DNA of 63,057 nucleotides, counting the filler, from an uncultured bacterium (lineage in GTDB: Bacteria > CAYUVA01), in NCBI GenBank assembly GCA_964448115.1. It is 4 parts of 4 records of this genome, joined end to end, with 100 filler letters (N's around TTAATTAATTAA, not from the genome) between each part and the next. Parts side by side here need not be neighbours in the genome. Positions count along the whole stretch, not along the records: positions 1 to 22,255 come from CAYUVA010000060.1; positions 22,356 to 43,638 come from CAYUVA010000061.1; 2 more parts are not named here. One strand, 5' to 3'. The notes beneath the pieces were generated by a model. The model made no database searches and had not been told where the DNA came from. It was given only the letters and a program-made list of their open reading frames with translations. The translations under genes were made by a program, and so were the position numbers. Below are positions 19,011-31,900 of the stretch, in pieces (the stretch's first letter is position 1; the number at the start of each line of letters is the position of its first letter).

Positions 19011-21734
19011 TTATCTTTCGTCCCTCTTAATCGCCTTATCGCTTTTTTCACCAGATAGCCTTTGATAGATGCGGGTGAAGTATCGGCTCTCCTTTGCATA
19101 AGCCTCGACTTGTCCGGTTACATCAGCCAGCCTGCGGTATATGGCAGGATTTCTGGGCTGTATCTGGGTAGCCAACAGGTAGCTATATATCGCCTTGTCC
19201 TTGAAGCGAAGGCTCTCTTGATGGCTATATTTATCCCCCTCGGTTAAGAGCTTGAAGACATCACGCTGTTGTAATGGTTGGTCGCCAGGTTTAAGGATCA
19301 GCTTTACCATTACCTTCCAGCGATCGATCGGCACCAGGTAGGAGAGATTTCTGCTATCGAGTATGTCGAGCAGCCTATCGAAACGCTCCAGGCTCCAGTA
19401 ACTCTTCACCAGGCTATTGAACAGCATCTTGCCCTGGGGGGAATCTGGGGGTAAATCCCTTAATTTGCTTTCTATCGCGGCAAGTGCATCCGCAAGTTTG
19501 ATATCGGGGCACATCGAGAGATGCAGCTCGCTGGCGGGATGGTTCTTGTCTTTCGCCCAGATCCTATCGGTAACCATGATCGGATTGCGTATAATCGCTT
19601 CCACTATTGCATCAAAGGCTTGGTCTGTCCTTCCAAAGGCTGCAAGTACCACTGCCAGGCGGTGATAATGATCGCCATTCCATAAACCATAAGGATCTAG
19701 CTTCACCGCTTTTTTCAATAATCTTAGCGCAGGCTCGATCTCGCCCATCATATAGTGGGCAAAGCCGATCTTATCGATCAAAAACGGATTCTGCGGCTCA
19801 TACTTGAGCAGGCTCTTTAGCATCTTGAATCCGGATATGCTCTGCTCTTTATCTTTTAGCTTTTCCTCAGCATAAGCCAGTTTGGTGAAGAGGGTGAACG
19901 GATCGATCACAAAGGAGATCCGCTTGCGTACATCGACATCCATGGGGAGCAGCTCATTGATCCCTCTTGCCAGGAAATCCGCCGACCAGGGGCGGAAGAT
20001 GAAGAATAAAACCAGGAAAAGAACCGCATATCCCTGCATATCAGATGCATAGTAGTGCTTATCATCATTCGAGTGCTTACTTTGCGCAGCATAGAGCTCC
20101 CTCATCGTTATGGCGAGCAATGAAAAGAACCCCAGCGCTGGAGCGCAAAAGCCAAACGGGTAATCAATGATGCTGCTTACCATCAAGCCAACTACCGCGC
20201 CCAAAGCCCCCAAGGCAAGGTATATTCGATCAGCTTGAAGATCAGGTCGGTAGATCCCCCGCAGCGCATGATAGACATAAGCCAAAAGCAGCAATGATAG
20301 CGCGAAAAAGCCGATGGCGCCGAATGAACGAGCTATCTCAAGATATGTATTATGCGCATGTGCTCCCCTCACTCCCCATCTCATCCACTCCTTGAAGTAC
20401 TCCATCTCGCCAAGCGGTATGCGTTCTGCATATCGAGCGCTGTAGTAATTATTGTGCGCACCGATGCCGGTTATTGGATTATCTTTGATGGTCGCCAATA
20501 TCGCTCTCCATATAGTAAACCGAGAACGAAGGGTGTTCATGGTTATAAATTCACGGCTCCATCTACTCTGCGATAAGAATATGGGCACTATGACAGCCAG
20601 GGTCAATAATAAGGCAGCGAGGCTGACAGCCAGGCGAGGAGTCATCAGCTCTCGCCCCTGTTTCAGTGATAAGTATAGAATAGCAATGAAAAGGATACCG
20701 CTGCCCAAGCCGATCAATCCACCCTTTGAGAAGGTAAGCACCACGCAGCCTAGCGCGCAAATAGTCGAGACGGCGAAGAAAATCTTGCTCCTTTTCCGAT
20801 CTGCCCAAAATATAGCCATAAAGGTAAGCGGCAAGAAAAGAATGAGTATGGAGGAAAGCGCATTGGGATGGATACCCATTATCCACATTCGATTGCGGAT
20901 AGCGAAACGCCAACCGATATTTAACCCTGAGCTTAAAAAGTTGTAACCGCCGAAGATGCCGATGATTATCGCCTGTAAAGCAATTACATTTAATAGTGGA
21001 TTGAGCTCCTCTCGCCTATCTTTCAGATACCATATAGTGAAGAATATCCCCCCACAATAAAGGAAACGAAGATACTCGCGCATGCTAAAGGAGATGCTTA
21101 CCCCCAACAACGAGCCTATCAAACCGGCTATTGCCAGGGCTGCTAACGGGATGAGCAAAGGGGGCTTATCCCCTCGAATTATCGGAATATGATACAAGGC
21201 GATGAACAAAAAACTCACCGTCAACAGGTAGTACTTGTACGACATATCCATTGTCAGGCTGAAAAAGATAGAGCCGAAGAAGAAATAGACCGCAACCAGA
21301 ACACTCAGAATACTTTGTCCCCGGATAAACCAGCGAGTGATCAGAACTGTTATGCAGGTGAGCAAAACCAGGTAGGCAAAGATCTGGTGGGGTAGATTGA
21401 TTATGTTAGGACGGTTCATTAAATGCTGAATTACAAGAAGTATTAGCACCCCGGAGGTTATGTATAGATAAAGGAACTCGAGATACTCCAATGGGGGACG
21501 CAAGGGTTTAAAAAGAGAGGATAGATCGTTGGTCGATCTCGTATAATAAAACAAGATCGTCGCCAGCATGAAGAACAACTCGATCCCGACTATCCTGATC
21601 AAATAGTTGTAGGAAAAGGGGAGAACATGAATGGCATCGAGAAGGCACAAAAACAGCACCCCCAGGATGAGGTAGCCTATCACCTGATTTGCTGATGAGT
21701 CCTTGATAGCTTCCCCCTGTCCTTTGATGGTCAT
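19011..21734 (-). CDS. O-antigen ligase (WaaL/Wzy_C) family membrane protein with C-terminal TPRs
   Basis: HPNAL, LTFSKGG, RSRFTIW, NPITGIG and HAHNTYLE motifs; TPR-like C-terminus. Confidence 0.85.
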   Translation of the reverse strand: MTIKGQGEAIKDSSANQVIGYLILGVLFLCLLDAIHVLPFSYNYLIRIVGIELFFMLATILFYYTRSTNDLSSLFKPLRPPLEYLEFLYLYITSGVLILLVIQHLMNRPNIINLPHQIFAYLVLLTCITVLITRWFIRGQSILSVLVAVYFFFGSIFFSLTMDMSYKYYLLTVSFLFIALYHIPIIRGDKPPLLIPLAALAIAGLIGSLLGVSISFSMREYLRFLYCGGIFFTIWYLKDRREELNPLLNVIALQAIIIGIFGGYNFLSSGLNIGWRFAIRNRMWIMGIHPNALSSILILFLPLTFMAIFWADRKRSKIFFAVSTICALGCVVLTFSKGGLIGLGSGILFIAILYLSLKQGRELMTPRLAVSLAALLLTLAVIVPIFLSQSRWSREFITMNTLRSRFTIWRAILATIKDNPITGIGAHNNYYSARYAERIPLGEMEYFKEWMRWGVRGAHAHNTYLEIARSFGAIGFFALSLLLLAYVYHALRGIYRPDLQADRIYLALGALGAVVGLMVSSIIDYPFGFCAPALGFFSLLAITMRELYAAQSKHSNDDKHYYASDMQGYAVLFLVLFFIFRPWSADFLARGINELLPMDVDVRKRISFVIDPFTLFTKLAYAEEKLKDKEQSISGFKMLKSLLKYEPQNPFLIDKIGFAHYMMGEIEPALRLLKKAVKLDPYGLWNGDHYHRLAVVLAAFGRTDQAFDAIVEAIIRNPIMVTDRIWAKDKNHPASELHLSMCPDIKLADALAAIESKLRDLPPDSPQGKMLFNSLVKSYWSLERFDRLLDILDSRNLSYLVPIDRWKVMVKLILKPGDQPLQQRDVFKLLTEGDKYSHQESLRFKDKAIYSYLLATQIQPRNPAIYRRLADVTGQVEAYAKESRYFTRIYQRLSGEKSDKAIKRDER

Positions 21735-21960
21735 TGCTCCTGTTTAACCGAACCCTCTGTCAGTTCACGGTAGGTCAGAACCTTGAGTAAGCGATAATCT
21801 CCGCTCAATTGCTTAAGCCCAAAACCATTATCAACACTGGTACTTATAAAGATACTTTACAAGGCGTTTAAGGTCAAGATCATCTTTTTCCAGGGTATAT
21901 ACATCTGCCTAGTTTGTGTGTAATATGTATCTGTGGAATCATGAAAGGAGTCGAGGTTAA

Positions 21961-22188
21961 ATGGATAAATTACTTAAATTCATAGGCTTAACCGTCCTGA
22001 TAATCATAGGCATATTCCTTCTCTTCACCCTGGTGCCTAAATTGATCAGTGCGATAGTAGCCATCTCGTGGAGCCTTGCCGGGATAATCGGGTTCTTGAT
22101 AAGACTGCTACTATTTCTAGGCATCCTGGCTCTGGTTGTTTACGGAATAGTTCTTCTTGTGATCTATATCAGAGAGCAGATGTCATAG
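21961..22188 (+). CDS. Small hydrophobic membrane protein
   Basis: GAGG RBS; 75 aa, almost entirely hydrophobic (about 2 TM helices). Confidence 0.6.
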   Translation: MDKLLKFIGLTVLIIIGIFLLFTLVPKLISAIVAISWSLAGIIGFLIRLLLFLGILALVVYGIVLLVIYIREQMS

Positions 22189-22255
22189 GTTTAGCTGGTT
22201 TATCTGTGATTCAGACAGTAATTTTGTGGCTATTAGGCTCCTGATTTATCAGGGG

Positions 22256-22355
22256 NNNNNNNNNNNNNNNNNNNNNNNNNNNNNNNNNNNNNNNNNNNNT
22301 TAATTAATTAANNNNNNNNNNNNNNNNNNNNNNNNNNNNNNNNNNNNNNNNNNNN
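22256..22355. other. Artificial contig linker
   Basis: N44-TTAATTAATTAA-N44, stop codons in all frames. Confidence 0.97.
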
Positions 22356-22357
22356 CT

Positions 22358-22954
22358 GTTGTTGACCTTGACAACATCTGGGGCATGGACTACCACGCGG
22401 TCTATAAGTATCCAGAGACAGAGCCGAGCTTGGATTTTGGTGGAATTGATATTGAAGCCATGCCTTCAGGAGAGATATGGGTAACAGGATATAAATCTAT
22501 AATATATTATTTTAATGGATTTCAATGGTTCATTCCTTTAATTGTTTTCCCAAGTAATAGAAACAATGGCTTTAGTCCAATTCACTTTATCCACCCTAAT
22601 TCAATATTAGGACGAATTAGATTTTTCACAGATGAAGGAAGTTACACCAAAATGTATATAATAGAAAAAACAGGTCCTCTACTATTCGGTTATGGTTGTT
22701 CCAATATTAGAAAGAATATATTATCTAAAATTGATATAATTGCCTATATTCCATCAAGTACATATAAAGTTGAAATTTATTATGATGGTATTCCAACAGG
22801 AATTATTTTATTAGAAAATGATAACAATTATGGTATTTATAGCTATTACTCTTTAATTCAAGCTAATGCAGAAGGTAAATATCTTCTTGAATTGAAAGTT
22901 CAAAACATTGGTAATAAAATACATACTGCACCGTATTTGGAGGTATATCCATGA
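22358..22954 (+). CDS. 5'-truncated protein ending in a divergent WPYL-type C-terminal domain
   Basis: Frame is open from the contig edge; VEIYYDGIPTGIIL...GKYLLELKV...APYLEV. Confidence 0.7.
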   Translation, partial: VVDLDNIWGMDYHAVYKYPETEPSLDFGGIDIEAMPSGEIWVTGYKSIIYYFNGFQWFIPLIVFPSNRNNGFSPIHFIHPNSILGRIRFFTDEGSYTKMYIIEKTGPLLFGYGCSNIRKNILSKIDIIAYIPSSTYKVEIYYDGIPTGIILLENDNNYGIYSYYSLIQANAEGKYLLELKVQNIGNKIHTAPYLEVYP

Positions 22955-25900
22955 AAAAGTTCAATATTATTGCTCTTTTAATAGGAGTGATGATGTCTTT
23001 TGACATATCGTATGGATTAATAAAATCCTGTGTTCAATCGTCATCATGTCTCACGCCAACTCCATTAGTTTTAACACCAACGCCATATAGATGTGATCCT
23101 GATATCGAAACAATCGACTACATGTCCTACTCCCTCTGCATTTGCGTGCCGGCGAATGAGAGCACGACGGGGAGTTCTGCCAAGCTCCAGGCGGTGGTTT
23201 ATCGTCCCCCTGATGATGCCCTTGATGAAAATGAAACCATTCCTCTAGTGCTTAAATACTGGCCCTATGAGTCGTATAAGGATTATAAAATTAATTCCCA
23301 CGCACAAGATTTATATCCAAGTGAGTTAGGTTTTGATGGTTTTTTAAGTGAACAGGATAGACTGAAAAAGTGCTTGGATGAACTATTTATTCCATTTGAG
23401 AATGGTCGACCTGTATTTGAAAATCCCTATGACTGGTGCGGTCAGAAGGTCGCCATAATGGAGGTTTCTGTGAGAGGGCGACTTGGCTCTTGGGCTCAGG
23501 ACTATCGTAATCCTAAGAATACTCCGGTTCCATGGTATAACGATCCACCATTGGATTGGGATAGCGATGGCGCAGCGATCCTGGAATGGCTTGATGCTCA
23601 GGAGTGGTGGAACGGGAAAATTGTCTTGTATGGTGGTTCGGGGCGTGGTGTTTCAAGCCAACGATTATGCACAAAGCTGAAGGACAAAATCATCAATAAG
23701 GCAGCGGATCTTAATGGAACAGCAGTATTTAACAGCATTCTATGGGATAGTCGGATTAGCGTGTATGAAAATGGAGCCTTATATCTATGGCCGTATTATA
23801 ATATCACCTGTTTTTATCAAGGGTATGGTAAAGAACATAATCCCCTTTATTCGAATCCACTTTGGGTACTTAAAACACTTCCATTGTGCGATTTGGCAAA
23901 TGATCCTCTAAGAAAAGTAACATATACACCTACACCTGGAACACCAAAAGCATCAAGGTATACCCCCACTCCAGTACCTCAATTTGGTCGATTTTGTTAT
24001 GCTGAACCTAATGAAGATTTTGATTTAAATTCAACACTTTGTCCTTATAAAAGAAAGAATGAAATATCTTACTGGACACAATATTGGCAGGATAATTGGC
24101 TTGATGGATTCAGAGATGAAATCAATACTGTGACTATCACAGGATGGTGGGATCATTTTCTTGGAACGACTATTGAAGGTTATAATAATTTGAGATCAGG
24201 TGCTCATATAAAAGACCATTATCTGATAATTGCACCAGCAGGTCACGGAATAACCAATGCTGAGATGGGAGAATTCGATTTTGACCTAATTGAACCGCTT
24301 TTTCCTCATTCACCTGTTCCGTCTCATCAACCATTACTTGACGAGTATTTTCGTGATAGGGCTATCGAAGCCGAGATATTAGCATCACCTACTCCAATAA
24401 AGGCTCGTTTTCATAACAAACATATTGCATTATGGATGGTTGGTACAGAAAATTGGATGTTTGTTGATGAATTTCCTTTATCAATGCCAACTGTAGTTCA
24501 CACCAAACTATATTTTAAGTTAGGTATAGATCCTCGTGGAAATCCATCTGAATTTCGAGTGGGAGAAGGTAATTTAGCTAGCTATCCTCCATCAGATACC
24601 CAGTTTGTAGAATTTACATATAATCCAAATAATCCGGTTTTAACACGCGGCGGTGTAATGGCTGATGAGAATCCAACAGGATTGTTCATTAATGGAATAT
24701 ATAACCAAAAACAAGTAGAGATTCGTTCAGATGTATTAACATATACATTTAGACCTTTCACGTCAGAAGGGTATGAAATCTGCGGTGAAATTCGTGCACA
24801 TCTGATAGTAAGTTCTAATAAACATGATGCTGATTTTACAGTAAAAGTGGTGGATGTTTATCCCGACGGAACTTCCTATGGATTATGCGATGGCATTGGT
24901 AGATTAAGCTATCTGCTTGAAGAGGATTATATCCCTGATTCTCAAGTATCTATAACTTTCAATGTTGGCTATTTATGTAACTTTTTTAGAAAGGGACACA
25001 GTTTAAGAGTAGAAATAGCTGGATCAAACTTTCCGAAATACGATAGAAATCTAAATCCTGATTCTAATTATATAACATCTTACCATGAAACATCCTCTAA
25101 TGCACCAGGATCAGCAACACTGAAATTCTATCATAGACATGGTGATGACTATTCCTGGATAGAATTACCAAAAACATCCTTTATGGCAACTACACCTACA
25201 CCTACTCCAGTTGATTGGAATAACAAAAGTGATGATTATTATGTTCAATTAGGTGGATGGTTTGCTAATAATGTGGCACAATTACCTGGTACAGAATCTA
25301 CACCTTATTTGAAAACCTGTAGTTATATATGTAGAGTGCCCGATACTGTAATCCAACGAGTTGAACTGAAAATCCGTGATGAAACGAATACAGCGATATC
25401 CAATGCGAATGAAGTTACACTCTTAAAAGCTTCCCCGCTTCAGGCACCATATAATAATTGGTGTCTCGTATCATTTCCATATAATTATACACAACCAACT
25501 TATTATGGTTATTTAAATGACACATATACAGGTTCTATAGTTGGTGAAGCAGCCTATCGTTATCCTCCGGGCTACCTAAAAGGAAAATATGCATGGCCTT
25601 ATCTTTACATTCCAGAAAGTGGTGATTCTTTTAATTTGACAGATGTCAATGATGCAATCACTCGAGGTTTAACCTCATTAACTTATTGGCCGGATTCCCC
25701 AAATTCAGTTATCATTGGAGGTTATGAAGGTACCAATTTATACAATAACAATAATGCTTTGAGTGGTTCAATCAAATTATCCGCGTATGTTATTCCATGC
25801 AAAGCTTCAGATCCAATAAAGGATGTTGAGATACGTATAAGACATCAATCTATAGCGTGTACGGACTCAAAAACAGGTTTATTCCTTCAAAAGATAAATC

Positions 25901-28900
25901 ATAACCATTGGGAATGGACTGCAGATGATATCAATGCTAATGTCGATAAGCTTGGAGGTACTTATCGTATATTAGAACTTTGGGCTAGAACGGATAACAA
26001 TAGTACAGTAATATGGCCTTATCTTTACCTAGCTCCTAATTGTCTTTATCTTCCACCTGAATATAATAATCCAAAATCACAGCTAGAGAAAATATTAAAT
26101 CCTGATAAATACAAAAATCCTATTCCTAATACACTTAATGAATCTATTAGATTTGTTAAAAACTCGCCATATAAATATGGTTATGATATTATTATATATA
26201 GAGATTTTAATGAAACTATAATCTATGATTTAAATCAAAATATACCTTTTGGGGTTTCAATTTATGAAAGGGTTGAACGCAACAATACCAACCGAAATCC
26301 AACAAAAATAAAAATATCTAATCCCCAAGGTATTATTTTATCAGGAGATAATACCATTGAAGGATTCGAATTTGTAATGGATAATTCTGGCGGAGATACT
26401 TTTTTTACGATAGATAATACTGAACATATTGAACTCAGTAACAACTTTTTTAATTGTAATCCACAAATGGAAGGCTATAAGACAATAACAAAACCGATTC
26501 AAATTGAAAATTCAGATAAAATAAAAATAGTTAATAACTTATTTAGTTTATCAGAGGATGGTACGGGATTGTCTATTATTTCAAGTGGTTCTGGAACTTA
26601 TGAAAATGCAGACCTTAATCTTGTGGTTTGGGGGAATACTATAAATGGTGGTAGTATCGGAATTCAAAGTGATGAAAATTCTTTAATACACATCGAAAAT
26701 AATAATATTATAAATTATTCAAATTATGCAATTAAATGGGACAATAATCATACTTTAGTACAATATAATAATGCCTTTTCAACACATCTTCAAATGGAAT
26801 CTAATTTTCATACACCACCTGACGTATCACCATTAATGTTAATAAAGAACTATTCATATTTTCCAGATTTTAAGCGCTTGACGATAGGCGGGAATTTCCA
26901 TCATTACTATCTTAAACATAAAGGAATTGACGATTATGAATCAAGTCAGTTAGTTGATGCTGGGAATTATGAAGCAATAGAGATACCAGGTTCACTTGAT
27001 TTAGGTACTACTAGAACAGATGGTTATCCTGATGTTGGAAAAATTGATATTGGATTTCATTATAGAAGATTTGATCCTGTAGCGCCGACTTTGACACCAC
27101 TCCCAACCCCAACACCATTCGCAGGACATACATGCATACCTGAGACAGCACCTGAAGCTACGCCTATTATAGTGTATAGCGAAATTGAGTTCGATTTCGG
27201 GATTGAAGAGGAGCCTGATTCTCAAGGTTGGGAAGCTTTCGGATTATGGCATCTTGAGAATACTAGCTCCAATGTGGAAGGTATTTTATCTGATGATAAC
27301 TACACTTTGCCGGTTTTCTGGTATGGAGATAGTGAATCTGGAGACTATGATACAGGTGTCGCTAATTGTGGCGCTTTGATTTCTCCCCCCATAACCTTAC
27401 CGTCTGAAGATGTTTCCGAGGCGTATGTATTGTTTGATATGTTTACCGATGTTGAGGTGTTTAGAGTTTTAATTGACCAAGAATTCGACATCCGCCAGGT
27501 TTTAGTTCAAGAGAAGGTCGAAGAAGAATGGCAAAACTCCTGGCAGCCAATTTACAGGACTTCTTATATAACGACTAATCGGATGTTTGAATTGCAAGGG
27601 GCTGATTTGACTCCATATCTAGGTAAGACCATTCGCCTATTGTACCTCTTCAGAACCATGGATGAAAAAGGAAATGACCATCATGGCTGGATGGTCGATA
27701 ATGTAAGGGTAGCTATCTATCCGACTTTACCGACACCCACGCCTACGGATACGGCGACATCTACACCGACTGCAAAGCCTACTTCGACCCCCACTGAGAC
27801 TCCTACAGCTACATACACACCTGTTAATTGGCCGCAATATCAACATGATGAACAGAGGACTGGAAGATGTAATTATAACGCTCCGAATAATCCCGGACTT
27901 TATTGGAGTCATGAATCAAGTGGAGAAATCTTTTCATCACCCGTGATTGATCATAATAATCGGATATATTATGGTGGTGGTGACAATAAGCTTTATTGCC
28001 TTAATAGTGATGGAACTTTAGCATGGTCATACTCTACAGGTAACTATATTGAAGGAGCACCTGCAATTGACAGTCAAGGGAATATATTTGTGGGGTCAAA
28101 AGATAACAAGATTTACAAATTTGATTCTCAAGGAAATCTTTCTTGGTCATATCCAACGGGTGGATATATATCAGGATCTCCATTGATAACCAGTAATGGC
28201 AAGATTATTATTGGGTCAACAGATAATGATATTTACTGTCTGAATTCAGATGGTTCACTTGTATGGTCTTATTCTACTGATGGAGGGATTTCCTCCTCTA
28301 TTTCAGAAGGACTAAATGACAATTTATATTGTGCTGCGGGTGAAACTAATGGTGGTCTATATAAACTTAATATTGATGGCACCTTACTTTGGTCAACAAG
28401 TGTAGATAGATATAGTTCAAAATATTCTTCTCCGGTAGTAAAGATTTTCAATGATGGATATGATTTAAATGAAACCATTTATTTAGGGAGTTACGAGAAG
28501 TTATTGGCTTTTTATCCTTCGGGTAGTATAAGATGGTCTTATAATATTGATTCTAATCACGGGATTAATTGTGCCCCCTCAGTCGGAGATAATGGTGATA
28601 TCTATTTTGGAACAAATCCATCAAGTAAAATTTATGCTGTTAAATCAGATGGCTCTATTCGCTGGAGTCTATCCTTGAAGACATTCAATAGAGCTTCAGC
28701 TATTGTTGACTCAAGTAATCATATTATTTTGTCATCGGGAGTTTCGAGTATTATTTATTGTTATAATTCAGACGGAACGCTCTTATGGAGTTATGATGAT
28801 GAGATAACCCAAGTAGGCAGAAGCAGTCCTGGCATGGATTATAAGGGGACTATTTATTGGGGTGCGCAGGGAGGCAAGTTGTTCGCTGTGGGCTTCCCGA

Positions 28901-31900
28901 CCTCCACACCCACAATGACACCTACAACAACACCAACTTCTACACCGACAGCTTCTCCAACCTTAACCCCTTCAAATACACCAACCCAAACGGTTACCAA
29001 TACTCCGACTTTGACACCGACGATATCTGAAACACCTACCGATACGCCGACAGCTACGCATACCCCAACGGTTACCTGTACGCCGTCCCCTTATCAAGGG
29101 CACTGGTGTACCGACTTAGAAGACCTGGAGGAAACCTTATACTGGCATAGCAATTTGGGACCACTACTTCCTCATAGCCAGGATTCTGATTTCGGATGGC
29201 ACCTGGTTTCGACCGATGAGAATGATGAAAGTTATTATCCCTTGTATGGCTCTGAATTTTCTGGAGAGCGGGGACCTTATGCCTATAGCGATTACTATGC
29301 CTTCTGGTTTGGCTCTCTTACAACCGGTTATTATGAGGGTGATGTCATTTCTGGTTCTTTGATATCCCCGCCGATAGAGATCGCATCGCACTCAACCTTA
29401 AGCTTCCAGTCCTGGCGTGAAGTAGAACCCGATGCGGGAACTCAGTGGGATAAAAGCCTGGTTTATATTTCAACGGATGATACCTTGACCTGGCAACAGA
29501 TATACCAAGTATCAGATAACAACAATAACTGGATTCAATACAATATTGACTTATGTGATTTCACAGACGAGACGCTATATTTCAAGTTCGTGTTTGATAC
29601 TGTCGATTATTATTATAATGATTATCGCGGCTGGTATTTGGATGATTTCTGTATCAATACTCATTCTCCGACTCCGACCAATACGGCAACCCCGACAGCC
29701 ACACCATCGATGACACCGACTGATACGCCGGCTACCGCGACCTGGACGCCGACTGATAGTCCGACTTCAACGCCGACCCGTACCTGTACTGAAACTCCAA
29801 CCTCGACGCCGACTATGTCGCCTAGTAACACACCGACAATCACCGATACTCCGACTATCACTCCTACGCCTTTCAATGTCTGCGATGAGCATTACTATGA
29901 GGATTTTGAGAGCGACACTGTGGAGACCTGGTGGAAAGCCAGTGGCTTATGGCATCGAGTGGGGACCGAAGATAGCATTTACGCCAAATATGTCAGCTCA
30001 GAGCACAGCTTCTGGTATGGTATAAACGCCACTGGTGATTATGATACAGGTTACGAGAATTACGGTTACCTAACCTCCCCGCCCTTGTTTATCGGTGATT
30101 GCGGTACTACATCGCTGGTTTTCCGCACTTACGAGGAGGTGGAGCCTTATGCAGGCTCTTATTATGACACCAGGATTTTGTACATATCCAGCAATGACGG
30201 GGTTTCCTGGCAATTTGCCATGCAGTTTACTGACTTCGAGGGAGATTGGACTACCAGGGTGGTCGATTTGAGCGATTATCTAGGGCACACGATTTGGCTC
30301 AGCTTCGAGTTTGATACAGTCGATGAGCTATACAACAACTATGCCGGATGGTATATAGACGATCTTGAAATCCAGACCAACACGCCCACCAATACACCGA
30401 GCAGCACGCCGACAGCGACGCCTACATCAACGCCTACATCAACGCCGAGCAACACGCCGACGCCGGTGTACAATGTCAGTGGGCATGTCTATTACAGCGG
30501 AGCAAAACGAGGAGATATCCTGCTGGCTGCCATGAACATGGATATGAACATGGTATCCTTCGGGATGACCGACCAGCCAGGCGCTTATGCCCTGTGGACG
30601 CCTGTTCCCGATGGCTATTACATCGTGTTCGGCGGTGTTGATCACGATGGAAACCTTATCTACCTGCCTCCAGATCAAAATCCCGCTGATTACTATTACG
30701 CGGTGGGGCTTTCCGACCTGGTAGTGGTCGATGGCAGCGATGTTACCGATGTAGATTTCTGGTTGGCTGATATGTGGGGCTGGAACTACTTCCAGCGTGA
30801 TGCTTATAAATCGGGAGTAGAACCCGAGGTCAAGGCTCCCTCGGATGGGCTGATCGAGTGGATTGCCGACCTGGAAAGCCCTATATACACTGCTCCCGTT
30901 GGTGTCGATGATGATACATTCTATCTTGGATTAAGCGATGGGAACTTCATTGCCATACAAGAGACCATCGGCGACTACAACGAGACCATCCCTGAAGTCC
31001 TGTGGAGCTATGCAACAGGGGGCTCGATTCATTCTTCGCCGGCGCTGGCGACCAATGATACAACCTACTTCGGTTCGGATGATCAAAGTATCTATGCTCT
31101 TACAACTGATGGCGAATTGCGGTGGAGCTTTGCTACTGGCGGATATGTCAGGGCTGCGCCGATGCTGGGCAACAACGATACCACAATGTATGTCGGCTCA
31201 TTCGATAACAACTATTATTGTCTTGACCGCAACGGCACCCTTGTGTGGCGCTTCGCTTGCGATGATAATATCTCGACGACCTCAGCGCTGGATTGGTATG
31301 ACAACTCTTATGTTACGACCCAATCGGGGATGCTGTACTCGATAGATGCTGACAGCAACCTGAACTGGTCATTGGAGCTTAATGGCACGCTAAGCGCCCC
31401 GACGCTGGATATGAACCTAGTTGTCTATGTCGGCTCCAGCGATAGCAAGCTGTATGCGGTTGAATCAGATGGAAGCCTCAAGTGGAGCTACGAGACGGGT
31501 GGAAGCATTCGAGGATCCGCTGCAATCGGACGCAGCCACAGGATCTATTTAGGCTCTGATGATAACAACCTTTACGCTCTGAATCCAGCCGGCTCTTTGG
31601 AGTGGTACTATTCGACAGGCGGTGCAGTGCGCTTCTCGCCGATAATAGCCGATGTTTGTCTGGAATGGGGTTCTCAGGATTGCAATAATACCAATCCTGA
31701 GGTGGTCTTCTTCGGCTCCAATGACGGGCATTTCTACGCAGTCAACTCCGATGGTTCGCTGTTGTGGAGCTATCCGGTGCTGGCTGATATGGAGTCATCG
31801 GCGATGATACCTGGCTACGATGAGCTATGCTTTGGAGCAGAAGATGGAAAGGTTTACTTGATAAGCTCCTGGGGAGTCCCGGCGACCTTTACTCCGACCA